Part shown: piece after piece, positions 21,360 to 35,063 of the stretch
Layout of the letters: each line of letters begins with the position of its first letter
How positions within the stretch are numbered: position 1 is the stretch's first letter
Assembly (NCBI GenBank): GCA_003210375.1
Contig: QCVM01000001.1
Coordinates: 8,126 to 72,125 of the forward strand
From: Synechococcus sp. AG-686-B21
Lineage (GTDB): Bacteria > Cyanobacteriota > Cyanobacteriia > PCC-6307 > Cyanobiaceae
Length of the DNA stretch: 64,000 nucleotides
Direction of reading: 5' to 3'
The notes under the pieces: model-generated
Told to the model about the DNA's origin: nothing
The model's database searches: none
What the model saw: only the letters and a program-made list of their open reading frames with translations
Translations under genes and position numbers: made by a program

Positions 21360-22757
21360 GTGTGGAATGAGCCATCCACTGGAGTCGCTGTTGCTGCTCT
21401 AGATCCCAAGACTTCGGCTCGGCAACCACAGCCAGCTGTGGTTGCAACTGTTGAACCTGGCTCGATTGGTGAGGAGCTGGGTTTTGAACCTGGTGATCAA
21501 CTCCTCAGCATCAATGGAGTTCGTCCTAGGGACTTGATCGACTTTCGTTATCTATGCGTTGAGGAAGAACTCAGCCTCGAAGTACGAGACACCAAAGGTG
21601 AGTTGCACCGTGTGGATCTTGAAAAGGACGCGGATGACGGTCTTGGATTGGCTTTCACTGAAGCGTTATTTGATGGACTCCGGCAGTGCAATAACAACTG
21701 TCCCTTTTGTTTTATCGACCAGCAGCCCCCAGGGCATCGCGACAGTCTTTATCTAAAAGACGACGATTTTCGCCTTAGTTTTCTGTATGGCTCCTATTTA
21801 ACCCTGACCAACCTCAAAGACGCTGATTGGCAGCGTATTGAAGAACAACGCTTATCACCGCTTTTCGTTTCTGTTCATGCCACCGAGCCTGAGTTGCGTT
21901 CTCGGTTGCTTGAAAATCAGCGCGCTGGGTTGTTGATGGACCAACTCGCTTGGTTTGATCAACATGACTTGCAAATTCATGCCCAGGTTGTCGTTTGTCC
22001 CGGGCTTAATGATGGAGGCGCCTTAGATCGGACCCTCTCCGACCTGGCTCGCTTTGCAATGGGAGATTGGCCAGCGGTTTTATCCGCGGCTGTGGTGCCT
22101 GTGGGGTTGACCCGGTTTCGCCCAGAGGAGGATGGGTTGATCCCAGTGGACGAGCCGTGTGCTCGCAAGGTAATTGCTCAGGTGGAACAGATCCAGGCCG
22201 AGTTTCAGAGCGAGCTTGGATCACGCTTTGCCTGGTTGTCGGATGAGTGGTATTTGATGGCGGGATTACCCCTTCCGCCTCGTGCAGATTACGAAGACTT
22301 ACCGCAGCAGGAGAACGGCGTTGGCAGCATTCGGGCCTTCCTAGAAGCCCTTGATGAGGCTTCGAACGAACTGCCCCAAGCCGTGAGTCGCCCCAGGCGT
22401 TGCAGCTGGGTGGTGGGAAGCATCGTGAAGAGCGCCTTGCAACCGGTCACTCAGCGGCTGAATGCGGTGGAGGGAGTGAGCCTGCAGCTGTTTGGTTTGC
22501 CTAGCCCTTATTGGGGGCAAGACCAAGTCGTGACGGGCTTGCTAACGGGGCAAGATCTTCTTGATGGCTTGACGGGGCAAGACTTGGGGGATGAGCTGTT
22601 GCTTCCTTCCGTGATGATGCGTCAGGGCCAGCCCGTGTTCCTTGACGACATGACGCTTGAGACTGTCCAGGCTCAGCTTCCTGTTCCGATTCGAGTTGTG
22701 CATGGGGCGGCTGACATCGTGGCCTCGGTCTTGAGTTCGAACGACAAAACTCTTTAA
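21360..22757 (+). CDS. PDZ-containing radical SAM protein (TIGR03279 family)
   Basis: N-terminal PDZ, CNNNCPFC, KDDDFRLSFLYGSY, QENGVG. Confidence 0.9.
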   Translation: MWNEPSTGVAVAALDPKTSARQPQPAVVATVEPGSIGEELGFEPGDQLLSINGVRPRDLIDFRYLCVEEELSLEVRDTKGELHRVDLEKDADDGLGLAFTEALFDGLRQCNNNCPFCFIDQQPPGHRDSLYLKDDDFRLSFLYGSYLTLTNLKDADWQRIEEQRLSPLFVSVHATEPELRSRLLENQRAGLLMDQLAWFDQHDLQIHAQVVVCPGLNDGGALDRTLSDLARFAMGDWPAVLSAAVVPVGLTRFRPEEDGLIPVDEPCARKVIAQVEQIQAEFQSELGSRFAWLSDEWYLMAGLPLPPRADYEDLPQQENGVGSIRAFLEALDEASNELPQAVSRPRRCSWVVGSIVKSALQPVTQRLNAVEGVSLQLFGLPSPYWGQDQVVTGLLTGQDLLDGLTGQDLGDELLLPSVMMRQGQPVFLDDMTLETVQAQLPVPIRVVHGAADIVASVLSSNDKTL

Positions 22758-22782
22758 ACTCCGCAAAAGTTTTGGATGTGCT

Positions 22783-24498
22783 GTGCACCGGTTTCCAGCA
22801 AGTTTGTTGTTGATTGCGGGGGTGTTAGCAGCTGGAGCGTCACCGGTTTTGGGTCAAGCCAGTTCTTCTGCAGAATTAACATCTTCGTTAATTGATCAGT
22901 CAACGTTGCCCTTAGCACCTCAGCTAAAGGGCCAGCGGCCAACGTCTAAAGAAGATGCGTTTGTTCCAGCGGCCACTGAATTAACACCAACTCTTCAGCT
23001 CTTAACGGCTCCCCCAAGCCTTGCGCTTCCTGATCAAAAACAGCAAGTGAGCATTCATGAGCTTCGGCCTCTCACCCTTGAGGATGCGTTGCTTTTGGCT
23101 GAGGTGAATAGCCCGACCTTGAAGGCTGCGGCAAGTCAAGTCGAACAAGCCAAGTCGTCCTTGCGTGCAGCCATTGCGTCCTGGTACCCCACTGTTGACC
23201 TATCGGCGAGTGGCCTCCCTGAATATTTCAAGTCATATACCTTTCAAAATCCTGATTTTGTCCCAGGATTTACCAGTGCTGAACGGTATAGCCGTGAATG
23301 GCGGGTGAATGCGAGCCTTCAGGTGAGCTGGAACATTATTAATCCCAGGCGTGTGCCACAGATCGCTGCTGCCCGTGATCGGTACGAGCAGGCTCGAGAT
23401 TCGTTCGTTATTGCTCTGCGAGATCTCCGGTTGGAAACATCCACTGATTACTTCAATCTCCAAGAAGCTGATGAGGGCGTTCGGATTGGACAAGCATCGG
23501 TTCGTGCTTCCTTGGTGAGCTTGAGAGATGCCCGTGCGCGCTTCAATGCTGGTGTGAATACCAAGCTTGAGGTTTTGGAAGCTGAAACCCAGCTGGCCAG
23601 AGATCGCAACATTCTGACCTCAAAACTGGGTGATCAAAACACGTCGCGTCGACTTTTGGCGGCGAAGTTGGATCTACCCCAAGACACCACTCCAACAGCC
23701 GCCACACCCGCAAGACCTCTTGGTAGTTGGCAGCCCTCATTGCAAGAAAGCATCGTTGCCGCGTTCAACTTCAGAGAAGAGCTAGATAGTTTGCTGTTGG
23801 ATATATCAATCGACAACAGCGAAGCCAATGCCTCCCTTGCTGCTGTTCAGCCGGTTCTTAGCTTCATCAGTACAAGCAGCACCAGCAGAAGTGAAGGACA
23901 GACTGGGAAGACGTCGATAGGAGACATTGATATGGATGACTACGTGTGGGGCGTTCAGAACTCCACGGCATTAACGGCAACTTGGCGCTTGTTTGATGGG
24001 GGGAGAGCTCGCGCTGAGTATCGCCGTTCCAAGCAAGCGGCTAAAGAGAGTGCGTATCGCTTTGCTCGAACACGCGATTTCATTCGCCTTGAGGTGGAGC
24101 AGAGCTTTTTTGGGCTTCGAACAGCTGTCCAAAACATTCAGACCACGGGGAGTGAAGTCCTTTCGGCTCGAGAATCTCTTCGCCTATCTCAGCTTCGTGT
24201 TCAGGCCGGTGTGAGTACCCAGAGGGAAGTGGTGAATAACCAGCGAGACCTCACCAATGCCGAGTTGCGTTATGCCGGTGCGATTCGCGATTACAACACC
24301 AGTCTTGCTCAGCTACTTCGTCGAACTGGTTTGGATACATTGGCGTCTTGTAGTAATCCTGTGTTGCCGTCCACTAAGCCTGTCAACACTGAAACGTCGA
24401 TTCCGATCGAGCCAACTCCTGTGAGGTCAGTTTGTCCGGCGATGGCGATGTCCACCGCACCAAGCGATCGCGCTGATTCAGTACGGACGTTGTGGTGA
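22783..24498 (+). CDS. TolC family outer membrane efflux protein
   Basis: Signal peptide, two OEP repeats (RFNAGVNTKLEVL; RVQAGVSTQREV). Confidence 0.9.
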   Translation: MHRFPASLLLIAGVLAAGASPVLGQASSSAELTSSLIDQSTLPLAPQLKGQRPTSKEDAFVPAATELTPTLQLLTAPPSLALPDQKQQVSIHELRPLTLEDALLLAEVNSPTLKAAASQVEQAKSSLRAAIASWYPTVDLSASGLPEYFKSYTFQNPDFVPGFTSAERYSREWRVNASLQVSWNIINPRRVPQIAAARDRYEQARDSFVIALRDLRLETSTDYFNLQEADEGVRIGQASVRASLVSLRDARARFNAGVNTKLEVLEAETQLARDRNILTSKLGDQNTSRRLLAAKLDLPQDTTPTAATPARPLGSWQPSLQESIVAAFNFREELDSLLLDISIDNSEANASLAAVQPVLSFISTSSTSRSEGQTGKTSIGDIDMDDYVWGVQNSTALTATWRLFDGGRARAEYRRSKQAAKESAYRFARTRDFIRLEVEQSFFGLRTAVQNIQTTGSEVLSARESLRLSQLRVQAGVSTQREVVNNQRDLTNAELRYAGAIRDYNTSLAQLLRRTGLDTLASCSNPVLPSTKPVNTETSIPIEPTPVRSVCPAMAMSTAPSDRADSVRTLW

Positions 24499-25295
24499 CA
24501 GCGGTGCTCACCGCTGATCAACTGAGCGCTGTCGAGCAGTTGATCGACCGTGTTTCAGAGCGACAGCGTCAGGATTTTGGACATATCTCCTCCGATCTGA
24601 AGGCGGATGGAACCTTGATCACGGCCTGTGATCGCTGGAGCGATGCGGTGTTTGTAGAAGGATTGACAAAGATCGCTCCCGGTGAGGGTGTTTTGAGCGA
24701 AGAAGGCTCAAAGCTTGTTCCAGACTCACGTGCTTATTGGGTGGTGGACCCCCTTGATGGCACGACCAATTTTGCGGCAGGCATCCCCTATTGGGCGATC
24801 TCCGTTGCTCGATTTGTCGATGGTCGTCCTAGCGAGGTTTTTCTGGATGTCCCAGCGTTGGGACAACGCATCGTCGCTCTTAAGGGTCGCGGCGCTTTTC
24901 GCAATGGAGAGGCGCTGACAGCTAAAACACGGCTGTCGGCTAATAGTGCTTGCGTGTCCCTTTGCAGTCGCTCCATTCGCGTTCTGCAACGGAAACCGGA
25001 CCAACCCTTCCCCGGAAAGATTCGTTTGTTAGGGGTGGCCAGTCTCAATTTGGTGAGTGTGGCGATGGGCCAAACATTGGGTGCATTGGAGGCGACGCCA
25101 AGGATTTGGGATCTGGCGGCGGCATGGCTTGTTTTGGAAGAGCTCGATTGTCCGATTCGATGGCTAGGAGCGGATCCATCCCAGTTGAAGCCTGGTCAAG
25201 ACCTCTCTCAGGCTCCTTTCCCGATGTTGGCCGCTGGCTCTGTTCCTCAACTCAACAGGCTTTTGCCATGGGCTGAAGCCTTTTCTGAAGGCTGA
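24492..25295 (+). CDS. Inositol monophosphatase family protein
   Basis: WVVDPLDGTTNF, WDLAA. Confidence 0.9.
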   Translation: MVTAVLTADQLSAVEQLIDRVSERQRQDFGHISSDLKADGTLITACDRWSDAVFVEGLTKIAPGEGVLSEEGSKLVPDSRAYWVVDPLDGTTNFAAGIPYWAISVARFVDGRPSEVFLDVPALGQRIVALKGRGAFRNGEALTAKTRLSANSACVSLCSRSIRVLQRKPDQPFPGKIRLLGVASLNLVSVAMGQTLGALEATPRIWDLAAAWLVLEELDCPIRWLGADPSQLKPGQDLSQAPFPMLAAGSVPQLNRLLPWAEAFSEG

Positions 25296-25308
25296 TTGGT
25301 TTCAGGAG

Positions 25309-25338
25309 TTGCGAAAGGGGTGGTGATGGTGTTATGTT
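25309..25338 (+). promoter_or_regulatory. Putative rRNA operon promoter
   Basis: TTGCGA-N18-TATGTT with TG extension, upstream of structured leader. Confidence 0.5.
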
Positions 25339-25902
25339 TTTGTCTTGCGCGGGAGCCGAGAGGCGAGCGCGCAAGACCGAAGCGCTGAAGGCGAAAGCTT
25401 TTAGATGTTCTGAGGTCGACTTACGAGGCCGCTGGAGCGATCCGACGGTGTTGTAAGTTTCAAAGGCGGTTGGAAACGACCGCGTTGATCAGCCAGCTGC
25501 TTCCGAGAGGGAGATAGTTGAGTTGTTCGCACCTGGACAATTGAAAAGTTTAGGAACTGACGCTTTTATCGCGTTTAAGACTTGATTGCATCGCGAGATG
25601 TAATTGTGGATTAAATGAAATTGCGATAAGGGTGTGAGGTCCCGTCAAAAATTTTAAGTTGCAATGAAGCATTGCGCTTACAACAAGAGGGTTTTCACGA
25701 GCCTTTGCGTTGTCGGTGTGCGCAATGTGGAGCAACGACCGGATCTGAGATCCTGGAAAGTCACAATGAGAAATCAGAAGTGCACTCTTAAGAACCCTTG
25801 ATCTGTCAGAAGACGAGGTGGCGACAACTGCACTTAGTACGCCAGTGCTGAGATGTGGGTGAAGCAAATCAATCTGAGGTGAAAGCCAATAGGGTTTGAT
25901 CT

Positions 25903-27387
<1,485 letters not shown>

Positions 27388-27571
27388 ACAGGGAGACAAA
27401 ACAATGATTTTGATGTCTGAGTATTTCATTCTTAGGCCGAAATCCTGTCACCTTAGGTCGATCGGTACCTCAACATTTTCTAAATATTGGTGAGCAATCA
27501 TCAAGCATTTGGAACAGATGTTCAGTTCCTAAACTTTGTCTAGGTCACACCCCGCAAGGGAAGAGTCCCCT

Positions 27572-27645
<74 letters not shown>

Positions 27646-27654
27646 TTCGGTGTT

Positions 27655-27727
27655 GGGGGTTTAGCTCAGTTGGTAGAGCGCCTGCTTTGCAAGCAGGATG
27701 TCAGGAGTTCGAGTCTCCTAACCTCCA
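27655..27727 (+). tRNA. tRNA-Ala(TGC)
   Basis: GGGGGTT...TTTGCAA...GTTCGAG...CCTCCA in the ITS. Confidence 0.97.
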
Positions 27728-27907
27728 CTGACAGAACTCAATCTCCATTATCCTGTAATTTGGAGGATGAACTCGGTGGCGTGTGATTTAGATGTGTCCA
27801 CTAGATAGGACCCTAGCTTCCTGTCATTCCGAACAAGTGATTATTACTTAATTGGTTGATACGATGCTGGGCTCAGATTAATCGAAAGATTAATTTGATC
27901 TCTAGTA

Positions 27908-27920
27908 GAACCTTGACAAC
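27908..27920 (+). promoter_or_regulatory. boxA antitermination element in the ITS
   Basis: GAACCTTGACAAC, cyanobacterial boxA; similar GCACCTGGACAAT in the leader at about 25529. Confidence 0.7.
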
Positions 27921-28162
27921 TGCATAAGTAAGTCTGGAAAAACGAAGCATCTTACAGATGCATTGTTTTAAGTCTAAATTCTCGAAAGAGAGTTTAGATC
28001 TAGAATGATGAAAATTCTTTTAAGCAAGAGCCGAGACTCTTAGATGTTCTTTTTATCGTGTCGAGCGATAAAGAGTTTGATTTTGTTTTTATGAGCAGCG
28101 AAAGTTGCTGGTGAAACCAGAAGAATCTGTTTCAACCACAGTAAGCGTTTAAGAGGTTAATT

Positions 28163-31028
<2,866 letters not shown>

Positions 31029-31134
31029 AACATTTTGGTTCTTGCCTGAAGACAAATTCTTTGTTGATTCAGACGCGCAACGCAAGTTGTAATCTTATGC
31101 AGTTCTCAGGGTTCATCCTTTGAGAATGTAACTA

Positions 31135-31251
31135 TCCTGGTGTTCATGGCGGTGTGGAACCACTTCGATCCATCCCGAACTCGGTTGTGAAACGCATCAG
31201 CGGCGACGATATTTGGGGGGTAGCCCCCTGAGAAAATAGCTCAATGCCAGG
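31135..31251 (+). rRNA. rrf: 5S rRNA
   Basis: TCCTGGTG...CCCGAAC...GCCAGG. Confidence 0.97.
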
Positions 31252-31310
31252 TAAAACATTCTCTAAAAAAAATGATTTGAAGACCATAACAGTCTGATCA
31301 TTTCTACGAA

Positions 31311-31339
31311 GAAACCACCTCTACGGAGGTGGTTTTTTT
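31311..31339 (+). terminator. rRNA operon terminator
   Basis: AAACCACCTC-TACG-GAGGTGG followed by T7. Confidence 0.9.
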
Positions 31340-31400
31340 GTGCCCTATTTCTTGGGGTTCAGCCACTTTTGCTGTAGCGTTTAGATGGTTCTGTAATGGT

Positions 31401-32336
31401 GTGGTGCGGAAACAACAAGCACTCCGCTGGTTTGTGCTTAGTCTTTGGCGTGCATCCCAACGTTGGAATGATGCGGCCTGTGTTGATCTCAGCGCTGCGT
31501 TTGCGTACTTCACGCTCCAATCATTTTTCCCTTTGCTATTAATTGTGCTGTCAGTGGCAGCGCGTGTACTTGGGCGTACCGATAGTCTCGATAAGTTGAT
31601 TATATTTGTTGCCCAGATTTTGCCTCCATCAGCTGTTGATTTGGTTGATTCCACGTTGCGTGGTTTAGTGGCTCAGGGTTTTGGTGCCGGATTATTTGGT
31701 GTCGCTGTACTTGTTATTACGGCAAGTAATGCATACTTAACTCTTCAGCGTGGTGCTGATCGCTTGTGGAGTGAAATCCTCCCTTCCCCCTCAAGTGATT
31801 TCCCCCTTTCGACGCAGGTGTATCAGTTCTTTCGTGCACGATTAGAGGCATTTGCGATTATTTTATCCATCGCTGTTCTAATTTTAATTGATCAAGTTTT
31901 GGTTGGATTTAGGTGGCTGCCTGATGCATTTATTGGTAATTTAGACTATCATATTCCTTCTTTAATGTTATTTGTTCGAGAAAGTCCAATCATGTCGATT
32001 GCTCAGATTCTCCTCCCAGCCTCGGCTTTGTCGTTGATGGCATTTCTCTTGCAAAGAGTTCTGCCTAGTCGTCGCGTGCCCATCATGCCTCTTGTTCCGG
32101 GCGCCATATTGATTGGATTAGGCCTTTCATTGTTGAACGCTGTTTTAAGCCTAAGTCTTGTTTCTTTGGGGAATCGTTTTCAGGCTTATGGTGTTATCGG
32201 TGGTGTCCTGGTCTTGACATTGTGGGTGTGGTTGGTGGGTGTCATTGTTTATTTTGGCCAATGTTGGAGCGTTGAATTAGCTGCCTCACGAATGAAACAG
32301 GTCTCCTCCGGAGATCCGAACAGATCAATGGCTTGA
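31401..32336 (+). CDS. YihY/BrkB family membrane protein
   Basis: SAAFAYFTLQSFFP, AYGVIGG; start uncertain. Confidence 0.88.
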   Translation: MVRKQQALRWFVLSLWRASQRWNDAACVDLSAAFAYFTLQSFFPLLLIVLSVAARVLGRTDSLDKLIIFVAQILPPSAVDLVDSTLRGLVAQGFGAGLFGVAVLVITASNAYLTLQRGADRLWSEILPSPSSDFPLSTQVYQFFRARLEAFAIILSIAVLILIDQVLVGFRWLPDAFIGNLDYHIPSLMLFVRESPIMSIAQILLPASALSLMAFLLQRVLPSRRVPIMPLVPGAILIGLGLSLLNAVLSLSLVSLGNRFQAYGVIGGVLVLTLWVWLVGVIVYFGQCWSVELAASRMKQVSSGDPNRSMA

Positions 32337-32391
32337 ACTTTTCATAATCGTTCTGCGAAGCTGATCGTCGCTTGTAGGGGCTGTTCTCAAT

Positions 32392-32739
32392 TTGAATAGA
32401 CCTCCTCTTTTCGTTTTGATCGTCATAGGGCTGCTTTTGCTTCTGCCCGCGGGAGCTGGTCGTGTATTGCTTGATCTCGCTGGTGGTTTGTTGGTTGTTT
32501 TGCTTGTTCTTCCTGTTCTTTTGGCTGGTCTTGTATGGGTGGGCTGGAAGGTATTGCAGTCACGAATGCAAAGTTGCTCCGCATGCGGTGCCGTTGGTCT
32601 TGGCTCCAATCTTCAGTGCAGTGTTTGTGGAAATCCCAACACCTCACAGCCTGGAGCTGAAACGTTCACTGGTGTTTCCATACCGGCGAGTGACTTAACG
32701 ATCGATATCACCGCTCAAGACGTCGACTCTGATTCTTGA
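32392..32739 (+). CDS. Hypothetical membrane protein with CxxC...CxxC zinc ribbon
   Basis: Two TM segments, CSAC and CSVC, C-terminal TIDITAQDV. Confidence 0.75.
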   Translation: MNRPPLFVLIVIGLLLLLPAGAGRVLLDLAGGLLVVLLVLPVLLAGLVWVGWKVLQSRMQSCSACGAVGLGSNLQCSVCGNPNTSQPGAETFTGVSIPASDLTIDITAQDVDSDS

Positions 32740-33065
32740 GCTTGAAGATGCCTTTCACGCAGAAATAAGAAAAAGGGAGCGCCACAAGCGAAGGCCACTC
32801 CAAAACTCAACACGATGGCGATCCACCAGCCTTTAATTTTTTGTTTTGGTCCTTCGATGCTGATCCACAGGCTGACTGCTGTGGCACCGATCAACAAATC
32901 AGCCCCTAAAGATCGTGCGGCAGCTGTGGCTGATGCGTCCGCTACAAAACGCTGAAAGTCGAAGCTGCCACTGCTCTCCGCCATGAATTCTAAATTTGCG
33001 CGCCAAGGTAGAACGGCTCCAAGGATCGCGAGAATCAAATAAATCCAGGGAAGGGTTTTACGCAT
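32715..33065 (-). CDS. DUF2834 family membrane protein
   Basis: GAVLPW, ARSLGADLL, APFFLFLRER. Confidence 0.8.
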   Translation of the reverse strand: MRKTLPWIYLILAILGAVLPWRANLEFMAESSGSFDFQRFVADASATAAARSLGADLLIGATAVSLWISIEGPKQKIKGWWIAIVLSFGVAFACGAPFFLFLRERHLQAQESESTS

Positions 33066-33354
33066 TGTTCAACTCAGTGGGGTTGTTGGGGTCAGTCAAG
33101 CTGCTTGTTTCGATGAGGCTGTCGGGGTCCAGTTGCAACACAGATTGCTCAACGGATCGAAGTAGTGCTTCGCAGTGATCCAACACCACTTCGCCATGCA
33201 AGACCCGATCTTGTAAGTCTGCGATGGGTACGGAGTCGCTTTGAAGTTCCGCCAATATGAGGTCTAAGGTTTGCGTTGCTTCCTCATAGGTAAGGCCAGC
33301 GATGTCTTTTTTCCAGGCTTTGATCTGGGACGCTTTGGTTTTAACCCTTGTCAT
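33058..33354 (-). CDS. xseB: Exodeoxyribonuclease VII small subunit
   Basis: LTYEEA...L; directly downstream of xseA. Confidence 0.88.
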   Translation of the reverse strand: MTRVKTKASQIKAWKKDIAGLTYEEATQTLDLILAELQSDSVPIADLQDRVLHGEVVLDHCEALLRSVEQSVLQLDPDSLIETSSLTDPNNPTELNNA

Positions 33355-34514
33355 GATTTGGATTGGTTTGAAGCCGGCCGGATGATTTGGACATCAGTCT
33401 CGAGCTCTCCATCGTTCATCTGAACCATGATGCGATCTCCTACTTTGATCGACGTCACGGCACTGATCGCTTCTCCCGCATCGTTGGACAGCAAAGCCAG
33501 CCCCCGTTGAAGCCAGCGACTGGGAGAGAGTGCACGCAGCAAGTCGCGTTTTTGATGCAAGTCATCCTGTAATTGCCGCAATCGCTTCAATGGCGATTGC
33601 TGGGCGAGAAGAGTCCGTCGATCGTTTAAGCGTTGACGATCTCGTGTGATGCGCCAGCCGACGAGGTCCTTCATGCGTTGACGACGGTTTTGGAGGCTGC
33701 GTTCGGCGCTATCACGATCCGGCAGACAGGCCACCATCGCAGCTGTAGGAGTTGCCGCGCGATGGTCAGCGACTAAATCAGCGATGGTGAGGTCATCTTC
33801 GTGGCCGATGCCGGTCACAACTGGACGCGGAAACTGGGCTAAGCAACGGCATAGACCTTCGTCATCAAACACAGCGAGGTCCTCGCGGCTGCCACCACCA
33901 CGTGCCAGCACCACGCCGTCCACCGCCAGGGCATCACATCGTTCGGCGAGACGGTTCAACACCTTGATGATTTGATCGGCGACAGGGCCCTGGACGGGAA
34001 TTGGAATCACCAATAGGCGGGTCATCGGCCACCGTTCGCGACCGGTTCGCAGCATGTCGGCGAGTGCGGAGCTCGGAACACTCGTTAGCAGGGCCAGTGT
34101 GGTGGGTTGTGTTGGGAGGGAACGTTGCCGCCCGGGGTTGATCACTCCTTGCTCTTCCAGGCGCTGACGCACCTGTTCAAATTGTCGAAGAACGGTGCTC
34201 AGGCTGGGACGGATATCGAGGGCCTGGACGGTGATGCTGGCCCGCGCTGCCCAGAAATTCAGCTTGCCCACAACAGTGACGCCATCCCCGTCGGTGGGGC
34301 GATAGCTCAATTGCGACAGTCTTGATGCCCAAACCACCCCTGAAACACTTGCCGTTCCATCGGTGAGGGTGAGCCAGAGATGCCCCTTCTTGACTTGCGG
34401 ACGAGACACGGTGGCCTCCAGCAGAAAACGTGGTGCGAAGCCTCGTTCCAGCAAGCTGCCGATCGCGATATTGAGTTCTCCGACTGAATAGGTCGGGATC
34501 CGATCAGCGCTCAA
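33351..34514 (-). CDS. xseA: Exodeoxyribonuclease VII large subunit
   Basis: GHLWLTL, ARGGGSREDL, GIGHEDD, TPTAA; TTG start inferred. Confidence 0.93.
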   Translation of the reverse strand: MSADRIPTYSVGELNIAIGSLLERGFAPRFLLEATVSRPQVKKGHLWLTLTDGTASVSGVVWASRLSQLSYRPTDGDGVTVVGKLNFWAARASITVQALDIRPSLSTVLRQFEQVRQRLEEQGVINPGRQRSLPTQPTTLALLTSVPSSALADMLRTGRERWPMTRLLVIPIPVQGPVADQIIKVLNRLAERCDALAVDGVVLARGGGSREDLAVFDDEGLCRCLAQFPRPVVTGIGHEDDLTIADLVADHRAATPTAAMVACLPDRDSAERSLQNRRQRMKDLVGWRITRDRQRLNDRRTLLAQQSPLKRLRQLQDDLHQKRDLLRALSPSRWLQRGLALLSNDAGEAISAVTSIKVGDRIMVQMNDGELETDVQIIRPASNQSKS

Positions 34515-34701
34515 GGTCAAGTTTGCTGTAAGCGAAACCCCAGTACAGGCAAACCAAACCGCTGATTGATGCCACCACAACCCCCCAGGTTGTTTGGTGC
34601 TGTGTGATGGCAATGGTGAAAATCACTAATGCGCTGCTGAGCAACCGGGAGCCATCGCGTCGGTTTTTGACGTAAAAGGAAGCCAAAACAGCCGCTGTCA
34701 T
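34504..34701 (-). CDS. Small conserved membrane protein
   Basis: NRRDGSRLLSSALV, two TM segments; overlaps xseA start. Confidence 0.7.
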   Translation of the reverse strand: MTAAVLASFYVKNRRDGSRLLSSALVIFTIAITQHQTTWGVVVASISGLVCLYWGFAYSKLDLER

Positions 34702-34712
34702 TGCGTCCACTT

Positions 34713-34796
34713 TGAACCATTAGACGTGAACCGTTAGACGTGAACCATTCGATGTGGACCAATAGATGTGAACCAATAGACGTGAACAGCGAATGT
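34713..34796. repeat. 14-bp tandem repeat, 5 copies plus a degenerate sixth
   Basis: TGAACCATTAGACG / TGAACCGTTAGACG / TGAACCATTCGATG / TGGACCAATAGATG / TGAACCAATAGACG / TGAACAGCGAATGT. Confidence 0.92.
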
Positions 34797-34800
34797 CCAT

Positions 34801-34833
34801 AAAAAAAGCCCCCTAGCGAACTGGAGGGCTTTT
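34801..34833 (-). terminator. Terminator after hli
   Basis: Minus strand AAAGCCCTCCAG-TTCG-CTAGGGGGC followed by T7. Confidence 0.8.
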
Positions 34834-34857
34834 GAAGACCGAGGTCGGTCAGGTCGA

Positions 34858-34998
34858 TCAGCTAAGGCCGATTTGGGTCAGGATGCCTTGGCCGGTCAGC
34901 AGCTCGGTACCGAGGCCGATGACGAAGCCGAGCATGGCGAGACGGCCATTCCAGGTCTCAGCGAAGTTGACGAAACCAAAGCGTGCGTTGTCGGACAT
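34858..34998 (-). CDS. hli: High-light-inducible protein (HLIP)
   Basis: AETWNGRLAMLGF chlorophyll-binding motif; true start MSDNARFGF. Confidence 0.95.
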   Translation of the reverse strand: MSDNARFGFVNFAETWNGRLAMLGFVIGLGTELLTGQGILTQIGLS

Positions 34999-35023
34999 GG
35001 GGTTAAACCGGTTGAATGGGTTC

Positions 35024-35032
35024 AATGTAACA
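35024..35032 (-). promoter_or_regulatory. Extended -10 element / HLR1-like half site of hli
   Basis: TGTTACATT about 25 nt upstream of the hli ATG; only one HLR1-like half visible. Confidence 0.45.
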
Positions 35033-35063
35033 AACCATGGAGTTTTGTTGCCAGTCGTGACGG

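Noticed and set aside
34713..34796. Mini CRISPR array
   Set aside because: Units are contiguous 14-mers with no unique spacers, and no cas genes are present in the window
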